Below, piece after piece: positions 1 through 8,936 of a stretch of DNA of 20,000 nucleotides. The notes below the pieces were generated by a model that searched no databases, was not told where the DNA came from, and saw only the letters and a list, made by a program, of their open reading frames with translations. The position numbers and the translations under genes were made by a program. The stretch spans positions 696,425 to 716,424 of the forward strand of contig NW_008246093.1 of the NCBI RefSeq assembly GCF_000281045.1. The letters are read 5' to 3'. This DNA is from Saprolegnia diclina VS20. Lineage: Eukaryota. Within the stretch, counting starts at the first letter, position 1; the number at the start of each line of letters is the position of its first letter.

Positions 1-213
1 GTGCTGGTGGATTGTTGAGCTGCAAGCAGATGGCACTGAATCTCAAGGTGTCGCCACCAGCGATAACGCGCGTTCATGGGAAAAGACTATGGAGCAGATC
101 TGCTGTGTACCCACGTCCCAGGACAACTGACGTCGCAGCTGCTCTCCGCAATCTTCGCGAGTAGCTGCGTCGAGTTGTCGGAGAAGACCAGCTCTGGTCC
201 CGTAGCTACACTT

Positions 214-231
214 GCTCATTCTGCCATTTGC
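214..231 (+). promoter_or_regulatory. Oomycete INR+FPR core promoter of annexin A
   Basis: GCTCATTCTGCCATTTGC = INR (YCATTYY) + 2 nt + FPR (MWTTTNC), ending 14 nt before the ATG at 246. Confidence 0.8.
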
Positions 232-245
232 ACCCTCCAAGCAAG

Positions 246-1232
246 ATGAACCTCTACCCTCAGACGACGTACGAGATCGACGCCGGCCGCGCGCTCAACC
301 ACGCCGACCTCCAGATCGACAACTGGTGCCACGAGATCAAGTCGGCCTGCGCTGGCATCGGCACGGACGAGAACAAGCTCACGCAGGTCATCGGCACCAA
401 GTCGGCCGTCCAGCGCCACCTCATCGCGCTCCGCTACCCGGAGCTCCACAAGACGACGCTCCTCGCCGAGCTCAAGGGCGAGACGTCCGGCGACTACGGC
501 AAGCTCCTCCAGCTCCTCGCCCAGCCCATCGAAGAGGCCGAGGCCCAGATCATCCGCGAAGCCACCAAGGGCGCCGGCACGTCCGAGAAGCTCCTCATCC
601 CCGTGCTCTCGGGCCGCTCCAACGAAGAACTCAACATCCTCAAGAAGGCCTTCTTCAAGAACTACCAGAACGACATGGTCGTCGTCCTCGCCGACGATCT
701 CGGCGGTGACCTCAAGAAGTTCTACCTCTCGGTCGTCAACCAGATGCAGCAGACGTTCAACCCCGAGATCCACACGCAGGCCAAGGCCGTCGAGGTGGCC
801 GAGATCATTTACAAGGCCGGTGAGGGCAAGTGGGGCACGGACGAGGCGACGTTCTGCAACGCGATCTGCTCGATCCCGCCGCAGTTCATGCCGGCCGTCA
901 ACGCCGCGTACGTGGCCAAGCAAGGCCACACGCTCGAGCGTGCGATCGAAAAGGAGTTTGGCGGCAAGGCCAAGGAAGCGCTCCTCTACCACGTCGGCAT
1001 GATCCTTCACCCGATCGAGACGATCGCGGTCCAGTTTGAAAAGACGATGAAGGGCATCGGCACCGACGAGTACGGTCTCTCGACGGCGCTTGTCCGCTAC
1101 CAGCACTTTTTGCCGCAGGTCAAGCAGGCGTACCAGGCCAAGTACGGCTCGTCGCTCCGCGACCGTATCCACGGCGAGACGTCGGGCGACTACCGCGCGC
1201 TGCTTCTCACGATCCTCGAGCAGTCCAACTAA
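246..1232 (+). CDS. Annexin (copy A), 328 aa, intronless
   Basis: Four annexin repeats with endonexin motifs AGIGTDE, KGAGTSE, GEGKWGTDE and MKGIGTDE, and acidic cap regions GETSGD, DDLGGD, KEFGG and GETSGD. True ATG is at 246 (MNLYPQ); the ORF-track start at 228 is TTG and lies inside the core promoter. Confidence 0.97.
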   Translation: MNLYPQTTYEIDAGRALNHADLQIDNWCHEIKSACAGIGTDENKLTQVIGTKSAVQRHLIALRYPELHKTTLLAELKGETSGDYGKLLQLLAQPIEEAEAQIIREATKGAGTSEKLLIPVLSGRSNEELNILKKAFFKNYQNDMVVVLADDLGGDLKKFYLSVVNQMQQTFNPEIHTQAKAVEVAEIIYKAGEGKWGTDEATFCNAICSIPPQFMPAVNAAYVAKQGHTLERAIEKEFGGKAKEALLYHVGMILHPIETIAVQFEKTMKGIGTDEYGLSTALVRYQHFLPQVKQAYQAKYGSSLRDRIHGETSGDYRALLLTILEQSN

Positions 1233-1423
1233 GTTGAATGGAATCTTATTTTTTGTCTTATTGTTCTGGTGGCGCTGCTGTCGGGAGAGGAAGGGCGCAT
1301 CAAACGCCTTGGGTCTATCTCGATACTGTACCTGGGCAGGCTGACGGAGAGCTAAGAACTGAGTGCCTGGCGACCGGAAAGGCCGACATTGCCGTTTCAC
1401 TTTGCACCGGTGCGCGACACAAG

Positions 1424-3430
1424 ATGGTGTCGTCACCGTGGCGAGACACGTACGTGGCCGCCCGGCGTCTATCGTCGTGCGTCGCGGCGTTGGTGATGCT
1501 CTACATCGAAGTCACGGGCTCGATGGCGACGAAAGCCGCCTTGTACGGCGCCACAGCACCCGCCGAGCTCAGCAACGTATACTACAGTCCTCTCATTGGT
1601 CCATTCTTGCGTCTCGTGGCCTCCAACGCGAGTTATTTGGCAGCGGTGGCACCGACCTCGCGCCTTGACGTGCTCTATATCGATCAAAATGAGTCGTTAG
1701 AGAACTTGGCCGTCTCGGCAACGTCCTGCGGGACGTACCGTGAGACCGACGCCATGTACACTCGAAGCTTCTTGACGCCGCTCCTGCACGAGCTCCTCGA
1801 TGCGCAGCGGTCGTGGCACGCGATCGACCTGCGCGACCACGTTGTCGTCGTCGACTGCGCCTTCACGGGGCGGCTTCTCAACGACACGACAGCACTCAAG
1901 TTGCACTTGATCGATCGCACGCAGACCAACGTGACGACCATCTTTCTCCAGACGATGTTGCTGACGCGACCGGCCAAGTGCATGACGCTCGGCGGCGGCC
2001 TCGTTAACGTTGTGACATCACCGATCCACAGCAAGGCGGGGCCGGCGACGTATTACCACCTCCTCGGTATTGAGTTTCCGTTCGTCATGGCGCCGTTCGA
2101 GCGTATTGCGCTGCAAAACCCAAAGGAGACACAATGGCGCGCGACAGTGCTTAGCTCGGGCGAGCGCGTCATCTTGTCGGGCACGGACGGGGTCTACCGC
2201 GCGTCACCCGCGCTCCAGGGCAACTATGACTACTACCATTGGACGCTCCCAGACGACCCGAAGCGCTTCATGGAAGAAATCGCCTACATCGCAGAGCCGT
2301 ACTCGGTCGACAGCTACGCGTGGGTGCGCTGCCTCCTCGGGTTGGGAGTCGCCTTCAACCTCTGCGCCAGCTGCGTCGTCGCGCTGCTCGTCGTCGTGCA
2401 TTCGTGGCTTGCGCGGCGCGAGGTGTGGATACCGGATCTATACCCCAGCATCCAGCGGCGCGTCCAGCTGCGGTCGCTCCTGCTCGTGGGTGCTACGATC
2501 TCGACCAACTACTGGCACATCTTTGAGTACTGTCTCCAGAACGGCAACGCGCGCGAAGGCATCAACCAAGGCTTTGTGCTGCACGACATGGTGCGCGCGG
2601 ACGGTCTCACGTACCTCCTCGCGCTCGCGCTAACCCTCTCGGATCTCCTCCGGACACGCCTTTGCCTCGACGTCGTCGTCCTGCTGTACGTGGCCTGCTT
2701 GCACCAGCGGCTAACGCTGATAAACGCACTGCAGTGGCGCATGGACGAGACGAGAGCCTTCCTGGCCGCCAACTACGTCGACTGCATTGTGTCAGAACCT
2801 GGTGCGGCCATGACACAGTGGATGTACCACCGCAATACCGAGACGCCGAGCTTCCTCCTCGCGACCGAGCTCTCGTGGTTCGTCGTCGCCCTCGGCCTCA
2901 CGCTACTCTACGGCGTCAGTGCCAAGGCGCTCAATCTGCCGTGTCGCCGGCGATCTTGGCGGCGACAGCCCGTGCGCATAGCCGTTGGAATCGCCAGGAG
3001 CGAAGAGCGCTCGCCACGGGTCGCTCACCAGCGTTGGTCGCGTCAGTCGTCGCTCTACTCATTCTCTAGCGACGCCGACAAGAGCGATGGGAGCTCCGTG
3101 TTCGAGCGCAGTGCGATGCAAGCGCTGGCCCGGACGTACGGTCTTGTTGCACCCCTCGATGAGTACGAGCTCTGCAGCGACAGTCGCAAAGTGACCTCGT
3201 CCTCGATCTGGCTTCTCGGCTACGTCATCCTCAAGGACGAATTTGTCGTTGAACTCCGCGACTATGTTCGGATCTGGGCCAACCTTCTTTTGTCCCAGCG
3301 CGTCTTCCGCGTCTACTGCTTTCGGATTCAAGATCATGACATGACAAGTATTCACAAGGAGCGCCTCCCGATGCAAGGCCTCGTCGCGCGCGATCTGATT
3401 CACCACATTTCCCTACGCCCCTTGCGCTAA
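1424..3430 (+). CDS. Uncharacterised multi-pass membrane protein (paralog 1), ~668 aa
   Basis: Long ORF with gene-like codon usage. N-terminal hydrophobic helix, ~280 aa soluble domain, several hydrophobic helices and a C-terminal domain. Aligns end to end with the next ORF. ATG 1424 chosen because MVSSPWRDTYVAARRL aligns with MQRRCVAAYVHCRRL of the paralog. Confidence 0.85.
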   Translation: MVSSPWRDTYVAARRLSSCVAALVMLYIEVTGSMATKAALYGATAPAELSNVYYSPLIGPFLRLVASNASYLAAVAPTSRLDVLYIDQNESLENLAVSATSCGTYRETDAMYTRSFLTPLLHELLDAQRSWHAIDLRDHVVVVDCAFTGRLLNDTTALKLHLIDRTQTNVTTIFLQTMLLTRPAKCMTLGGGLVNVVTSPIHSKAGPATYYHLLGIEFPFVMAPFERIALQNPKETQWRATVLSSGERVILSGTDGVYRASPALQGNYDYYHWTLPDDPKRFMEEIAYIAEPYSVDSYAWVRCLLGLGVAFNLCASCVVALLVVVHSWLARREVWIPDLYPSIQRRVQLRSLLLVGATISTNYWHIFEYCLQNGNAREGINQGFVLHDMVRADGLTYLLALALTLSDLLRTRLCLDVVVLLYVACLHQRLTLINALQWRMDETRAFLAANYVDCIVSEPGAAMTQWMYHRNTETPSFLLATELSWFVVALGLTLLYGVSAKALNLPCRRRSWRRQPVRIAVGIARSEERSPRVAHQRWSRQSSLYSFSSDADKSDGSSVFERSAMQALARTYGLVAPLDEYELCSDSRKVTSSSIWLLGYVILKDEFVVELRDYVRIWANLLLSQRVFRVYCFRIQDHDMTSIHKERLPMQGLVARDLIHHISLRPLR

Positions 3431-3599
3431 TCCCAAAATCGCAATGTCAACCTGCAAAAATGAACATTCGATCGAAAGAGACGGACAAAATTGTCGGTGA
3501 TTCCCACGGCCGTGCGTCACCATTCGACGCCAATTCTGCGAACATTTCGCGCTAAAATAGCCAATCGTGCTAATATTTATCAGCGAAACGGGTTTCAGG

Positions 3600-5552
3600 A
3601 TGCAGCGGCGATGCGTAGCGGCGTACGTACATTGTCGCCGCCTCCTCTGTTGCGCGGCCGCCTTCTTCGTCCTGTACGTTGAGGTCACGGGCTCCATGGC
3701 GACGCGGCAGGTGCTACTCGGTGCCGGCATGGACTTGATGCCGAGCCTCAACTACGAGAGCCCGCTTATCTTTCCCTTTCTCTCGGCCTTCCTCGCCAAC
3801 CAAACAAATTGGCAGCCGTCCCAGACGCCCGGTCTCTCGTTCGTCTACCTCGATAGCACCGTGGACAACAGCGTCGTCTTGAACAACAGCGGCTGCCTCG
3901 CGCCAACGCCCGACGACGCGATGCTTGACCCGCCCTTTCTCACATTGCTCTTGCACAACCTGCTCGACAACCAGCGCGGATGGCACGCCATTAACCTTTC
4001 GCAGTACACGGTCCTCATCGACTGCACCTTTGACGGTCGGCGCGTCCACGACATCACGGCGCTCAAGGTCCACCTCTTGGACCCGGGGGGTGTCAACGTG
4101 ACCACGATCGCGCTGCAGACCATGACGATCGATGGGCCGCAAAAGCATGTTGTGAGCGCGTGCGGTGCCGCGTCCATAGCGACAGCACCGCTGCGTGCGC
4201 TCGTGCAAGCCCCGACCTTGCCCCGCGCCACGTACCACCTCCTCATCGGGATCGATTTCCCCTACCTTTTGGCGCCCTTTCAGCTGTTTACGGTGCGGGA
4301 TCCGACGCCGTCCAACGGGCGCTGGACCGGCACGCTGTCGCCCACGCACGAAGAAGTTTTGGTCTACGGGTCCGTGGGCCTCTACCGAGGGGCGATGAAC
4401 TCCCAAGGCAACTACGGCATGTACATCTGGGCAATGGACAACGACCCGAGAGCGTCTCTGTCTACGATTGCGTACTTCATTTCGCCCTTTTGCGTCGACA
4501 GCTACGCGTGGGTGCGCTGCCTCCTTGGCATGGGCGTCTCGCTCAACCTCTTTGTCAACATGTTTGTGTCGGTCGTGATCGTCTGCAACCGGTGGCGCTT
4601 CAGCCAAGTGCTCTGGATCCCCGATCTGTACCCGAGTATCCAGCGACGCATCCAGCTGCGCGCCATCTTGCTCCTCGGCGTCACAATTTCCAATGATTTT
4701 TGGCACATTTTTGAGTTTTGCCTCCAGCGCGGCAACGCCCGGCTCGGCTTGAATTACGGCTTTGTGCTCGACGCGATGGTCCGCTCGGACGGCCTCACGT
4801 ACGTGCTCTCGTTTGCGCTGACGCTTTGCGATCTGCTGCACACGCGTGTCTGCCTCGACGTCCTGGTCGTTATCTTTGCGAGCTGCTGGACCTTCCAAAG
4901 CGAGCTGCTTCATCTTTGCAAATGGAAGCTCACCGAGACGGACGAATTTATCCTCTCCAACTACGTTAGGGACATTGTACCGAACCCGAATGGGGTTATG
5001 GCCCTCTGGGCAGCCCATGAAAATGCGCGATCGCCGCTCTGCCTCTTTGTGACCGAGCTAACTTGGTTTTACATTGCACTGCTCCTCACCTCTATCTACG
5101 CAATCGTTGCGAAGCGCTTGGCGCCAGCGCGGGAGACGCCCCAGCGAGTCCAGGTCGTCCCATATCTCTCACGCGAGCACATACCGCAGCGCCTCCGGTC
5201 CGATATATTCCAACTGGAGACGCATCTCGTTGGCAAATTGCAAGGGATCGTGGCGCCAACCCTAACCACATATGTCGCCACGAGGGCAGAAGCGAGTGCA
5301 GTGCTGCCGGCCTCCAGCATCTGGCTCCTCGGGTACCTCGTTGTCCGCGACACGTTTGTCATCGAGATCGCCGACTACCCTTGGTTATGTATCAACTTGA
5401 TACTTCGCCGGCGGTATTTCTGCGTCTATGGCTTTTGCGTCATTGACGGCGCGTACACGAATTCGGATAAGACACTTCTCAACCTCGACGATCTCCGACT
5501 GTGGGACGTCGTGTGGCGGCTCTCGCTTCAGCCGCTTGCGCTCCGCCCGTAG
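3600..5552 (+). CDS. Uncharacterised multi-pass membrane protein (paralog 2), ~650 aa
   Basis: Shares motifs with paralog 1: LY(I/V)EVTGSMAT, DC.F.GR...D.TALK.HL.D, ATY.HLL.GI(E/D)FP, VDSYAWVRCLLG, WIPDLYPSIQRR, MVR.DGLTY, SSIWLLGY and terminal SL.PL. First in-frame ATG is at 3600. Confidence 0.87.
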   Translation: MQRRCVAAYVHCRRLLCCAAAFFVLYVEVTGSMATRQVLLGAGMDLMPSLNYESPLIFPFLSAFLANQTNWQPSQTPGLSFVYLDSTVDNSVVLNNSGCLAPTPDDAMLDPPFLTLLLHNLLDNQRGWHAINLSQYTVLIDCTFDGRRVHDITALKVHLLDPGGVNVTTIALQTMTIDGPQKHVVSACGAASIATAPLRALVQAPTLPRATYHLLIGIDFPYLLAPFQLFTVRDPTPSNGRWTGTLSPTHEEVLVYGSVGLYRGAMNSQGNYGMYIWAMDNDPRASLSTIAYFISPFCVDSYAWVRCLLGMGVSLNLFVNMFVSVVIVCNRWRFSQVLWIPDLYPSIQRRIQLRAILLLGVTISNDFWHIFEFCLQRGNARLGLNYGFVLDAMVRSDGLTYVLSFALTLCDLLHTRVCLDVLVVIFASCWTFQSELLHLCKWKLTETDEFILSNYVRDIVPNPNGVMALWAAHENARSPLCLFVTELTWFYIALLLTSIYAIVAKRLAPARETPQRVQVVPYLSREHIPQRLRSDIFQLETHLVGKLQGIVAPTLTTYVATRAEASAVLPASSIWLLGYLVVRDTFVIEIADYPWLCINLILRRRYFCVYGFCVIDGAYTNSDKTLLNLDDLRLWDVVWRLSLQPLALRP

Positions 5553-5731
5553 TCCCAAGTACTTGGAGAATTTGGCAGTTGGCTATTGAGGCTAATTTAT
5601 GCATCGAGCTGAGTGCTGTCTCGCTAGTGTTTCAGCACATCCCGCCTGAGACTGCGGGTCACCTCTTGGTCCTTTGGCGACCGTTGGCTGAGTTTCGATT
5701 CGAACAAAACGAATCGACAAATTTGGTGTTG

Positions 5732-5747
5732 CCATTTTGGAATTTCC
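5732..5747 (+). promoter_or_regulatory. INR+FPR core promoter of annexin B
   Basis: CCATTTT-GG-AATTTCC matches YCATTYY-N2-MWTTTNC and directly abuts the ATG at 5748. Confidence 0.65.
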
Positions 5748-6737
5748 ATGCTCACCATCTACTCGAACGAGACGCATCGCGCAAGCCGCGGCGAGGCCGT
5801 GCCCCACGAGAGCCTCCAGATCGACAACTGGGTCTACGAGATCAAGACGGCCTGCGCCGGCTTTGGCACGGACGAGGACAAGCTCAGCAACGCCCTCGCC
5901 ACCAAGACTGCGAGCGAGCGCTACCTTATTTCCGCCCGGTACCCCGAGCTCCAACGCGTCTCGCTCCTCTCGGAAATGAAGAGCGAGGTCTCGGGCAGCT
6001 ATGGCAAGCTGCTCCAGCTCCTCGCGCAGCCGCTCGAGGAGGCCGAGGCGCTCATCATTCGCGACGCGACCAAAGGCGCCGGCACGAACGAGAAGCTCGT
6101 CTACCCAGTCCTCGGTGGGCGCACGGCCGACGAGCTCCTCATCCTCAAGAAAGCCTACTTCAAGACGTTTGCGCAGGACATGGCGGTCGTCCTCGCCGAC
6201 GACCTCGGCGGCGACCTCAAGGTGTTTGTCCAAGCCATTCTCAACATTAACCCGCCCGCGTACAACCCCGAGATCCACACGCCGGCCAAGGCGGCCGAGG
6301 TGGCCGAGGTCATCTACAAGGCCGGCGAGGGCAAGTGGGGCACGGACGAGTCGGCGTTCTGCAACGCGCTCGTCGCGATTCCACCGGCCTTTCTCTCGTC
6401 TGTGAACGCGGCTTACATTGCCAAGCACGGCAACAGCCTCGAGCGCGCCATTGAGAAGGAGTTTGGCGGCAAAGCCGAAGACGCGCTCCTCTACCACGTC
6501 GGTATGATCCTTCACCCGATCGAGACGATCGCGGGCCAGTTTGAAAAGACGATGAAGGGCATCGGCACCGACGAGTACAACCTCTCGGCCGCGATTGTCC
6601 GCTACCAGCACCTCCTCCCGCAGGTCAAGCAAGCGTACAAGGACAAGTACGACACGCCGCTTCGCGACCGCATCTACGGCGAGACGTCCGGCAACTACCG
6701 CAAGGTGCTCCTCGCGATCGTCGAGCAGGCGTCCTAA
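5748..6737 (+). CDS. Annexin (copy B), 329 aa, intronless
   Basis: Four annexin repeats (AGFGTDE, KGAGTNE, GEGKWGTDE, MKGIGTDE); colinear paralog of 246..1232. Confidence 0.97.
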   Translation: MLTIYSNETHRASRGEAVPHESLQIDNWVYEIKTACAGFGTDEDKLSNALATKTASERYLISARYPELQRVSLLSEMKSEVSGSYGKLLQLLAQPLEEAEALIIRDATKGAGTNEKLVYPVLGGRTADELLILKKAYFKTFAQDMAVVLADDLGGDLKVFVQAILNINPPAYNPEIHTPAKAAEVAEVIYKAGEGKWGTDESAFCNALVAIPPAFLSSVNAAYIAKHGNSLERAIEKEFGGKAEDALLYHVGMILHPIETIAGQFEKTMKGIGTDEYNLSAAIVRYQHLLPQVKQAYKDKYDTPLRDRIYGETSGNYRKVLLAIVEQAS

Positions 6738-6789
6738 GTGCCTCAATGCGAGCTTATGCATACACCCGAACTCTGGTTGAAGGTTAGAA

Positions 6790-8031
6790 TCACTTCTTGG
6801 TCTTGACCGTGAGGTCGGTCTGGTCGACGTGGTGCAGGCGAAGGACGTTGCGCGCCTGGTGGTTGTACCCTTCGGCGCCCTTGTACCAGTCGTACGACGT
6901 CGCGTACGCAAAGATGTCGCCCTGGGCGTTGAACTTGCCGACGGAAATGCCTTGGTAGTTGGGACTACAAGCCGCATAAGCTCTTATCGCATTCCAAGCC
7001 GCGTACATTTTCGGGAAATTGCGCAGCATCTTGCGCATGTCCTTGTCCCAGAACGTGTACGAGCCGTCGGTCCCCGTCGTTGCCATCTTGCCGCTGAGCG
7101 TGTGGAACGACACACTGCTCACGGGGTTGACGGCGTTGTTGGCCGTGTCGCGGTGGGCCTTGAACGCAAAGTCGCGCCTACAAGCATAAGCATAGGTGAA
7201 GTGATTGCACTTGGCCACGGTTGGGCGTACTCTTGCTTTTGCTTCTCGTCGACGTGCTGGATCGCGACGCGGCCTTCGATGGACCCGATCGCAAAGCCGG
7301 ACGCGTCCGGGAACGCAGCAATGCAGCGCGTCTGCAGCTTCAAGTTGGACTTGATCGACTAGACAGATGACCATGAGCGACTACATGCAACGTCCACTGC
7401 ACGCACGGCGAAGATCTGCGACGGCTTGGTCAAGTCAAAACAGTGGATCATCTTGTCGGCAGTCGCGACGACCATGAGCGGGTAGACCACGTCGAGCGCA
7501 TACACGCGGTCGCTGAGCTGCACCGTGGCCTGTGCCTGCGGCGCACGCGTGTCCCAGTACTTGACGGTCTTGTCCCACGAGCCCGTGACGACGCAGTTGG
7601 CCGTAGGCACGAAGCGGATGCCACGGATCGGCTGGTCGTGCTGCGCGATCTGCTGGCCGGTCGCGGGCCCGTTGAGCTGCCACATAAGCGCCGTCTTGTC
7701 GCAGCTACCGGAAAACACCGTCGTGCCGTCCTAGAGCGCGCTTAGCCGCCATGGCATGGTATGGCCTACGTACCGCGCTAAAGGCTGTGCAGAGCACGGG
7801 CGCCTTGTGCTGGATCTGGGCGCGAGCGACGGCTTGGAACTGCGTCTGCTGGTGGTTGACCTCCCAGCAGCGCACGTAGTTGTCCCAGGAGCCGGCGACA
7901 AGGACGTTGGCCGTCGGGCTCCAGCTCAGGTCCTGGATGCTGTCGGGGACATCGGGCGGGACGTCGTAGTCGGACGCCGCCGGGCTCGCGCTCGTCGCCG
8001 TCGCCGCCACGCCGAATCCACCGAATGACAT
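6790..8031 (-). CDS. RAE1: Rae1/Gle2 WD40 mRNA export factor, ~351 aa; exons 8031-7774, 7730-7407, 7358-7231, 7177-7007, 6964-6790
   Basis: WD40 motifs VAGSWDN, FSGSCDKT, VTGSWDKTVKYWD, GSIEGRVAI, FAFKAHR and YDWYKG; the last favours Rae1 over Bub3. Four GT-AG introns (43, 48, 53, 42 nt) join into a continuous 1056-nt frame. Confidence 0.92.
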
Positions 8032-8071
8032 CGCTTCCTGTTTGTATTATCTGGTGGGGAAAACGTCCCGA

Positions 8072-8110
8072 CCAATTGGCTAAAATTCGAGTTTGGAGCA
8101 TGGCCAATCA
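8072..8110 (-). promoter_or_regulatory. CCAAT boxes upstream of RAE1
   Basis: Palindromic CCAATTGG at 8072-8079 and GCCAATCA at 8103-8110 (TGATTGGC on the gene strand), 40-80 nt upstream of the ATG. Confidence 0.55.
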
Positions 8111-8936
8111 ACGCGCGGCACGGTCAGGAGGCTTAAAACACGCATCTTTAGAGGCCACCAGCATCGAGCGAGAAGCGCAGTCAAGAGTCCACTGTGGCAA
8201 CGCGATCGCGTGCAGTGGACTGAGATCGTTTACAGCGTGTAGAGACTCTCTATCACGCAAAGAAACAAACAAAGCGCGCGCGACGGTTGGTCGAAACGGA
8301 CACGATGCAGCCGAGTCGGGCTAGCCGCACTCAACATTTCCCGGCGATCGAGCCAACATTCGCGCGGCTCGCTCCAGCACGCTAGTCTCCTAGTTGACTG
8401 GTAAACTCGGTCAAAAGATCTATCGCACTGGGGATAAAAGCTGATCGAGGTTCAGGGTGACATTAGGGGGTGACCGCCTTTAAGGCTTCGGGATCATGCA
8501 AGGTTGAAGCTGAGGTGCGGCGGCATCTCTAGTGAATAGACGAAATGGTTGGGAGGAAATTAGATTCTCTAGCCCATGGGTGGGACTCTGAGTAGCAGTA
8601 GGTGCAGCAGCGTTGGAACCGTGCTAGAAACCTTGGCAGGCCACAGAAGCGCGCCAAACCTCCCGCTCCGCGGGTTATCCTGGTGTAAGACGTCCCATAT
8701 GAATAAAATATGCAATTCAGAACTTGATTTTACAATTTCCATACAAAGCATCATATGCATAATGCATGTAAAGTACATATTGAGTCTGTGACTGAGCGGG
8801 AAGATCGCCATTGCATCAACCGACCCGATTACCAATCTTGGTGGCTTCAACGAGTCGCCGCGATACCGTCGTCGCTTTGTATGAGCGATCGCTTCCGGGT
8901 CTTTGACGCTGCTGTGCTCACAAAACAAGTGCCTCC

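Noticed and set aside
1238..1423. 62-aa N-terminal extension of TM paralog 1, or fusion with annexin A
   Set aside because: It lies in the annexin 3' UTR (T-rich), is absent from the paralog, and is in a different frame from the annexin, so readthrough cannot fuse them.
216..1436. Long antisense ORFs over the annexins (216-1436 and 5592-6977) and similar shadows over the TM, ABCG, bZIP and 17183-18799 genes
   Set aside because: Expected from strong C/G third-position bias on the sense strand; the translations have no protein-like features.
5553..5747. Readthrough from TM paralog 2 into in-frame annexin B
   Set aside because: An in-frame TGA occurs about 20 codons after the TAG, and annexin B has its own INR+FPR.
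6790..8031. Bub3 instead of Rae1
   Set aside because: C-terminal YDWYKG, GSIEGRVAI and the short FG-containing N-terminus fit Rae1/Gle2 better.
8409..8435. GQKIYRTGD, resembling the adenylation-domain A7 motif
   Set aside because: A stop follows two codons later and there is no convincing downstream GRxDxQVK motif; probably chance.
8449..8471. Telomere-like TTCAGGG/TTAGGG
   Set aside because: Only two non-adjacent degenerate units, not an array.
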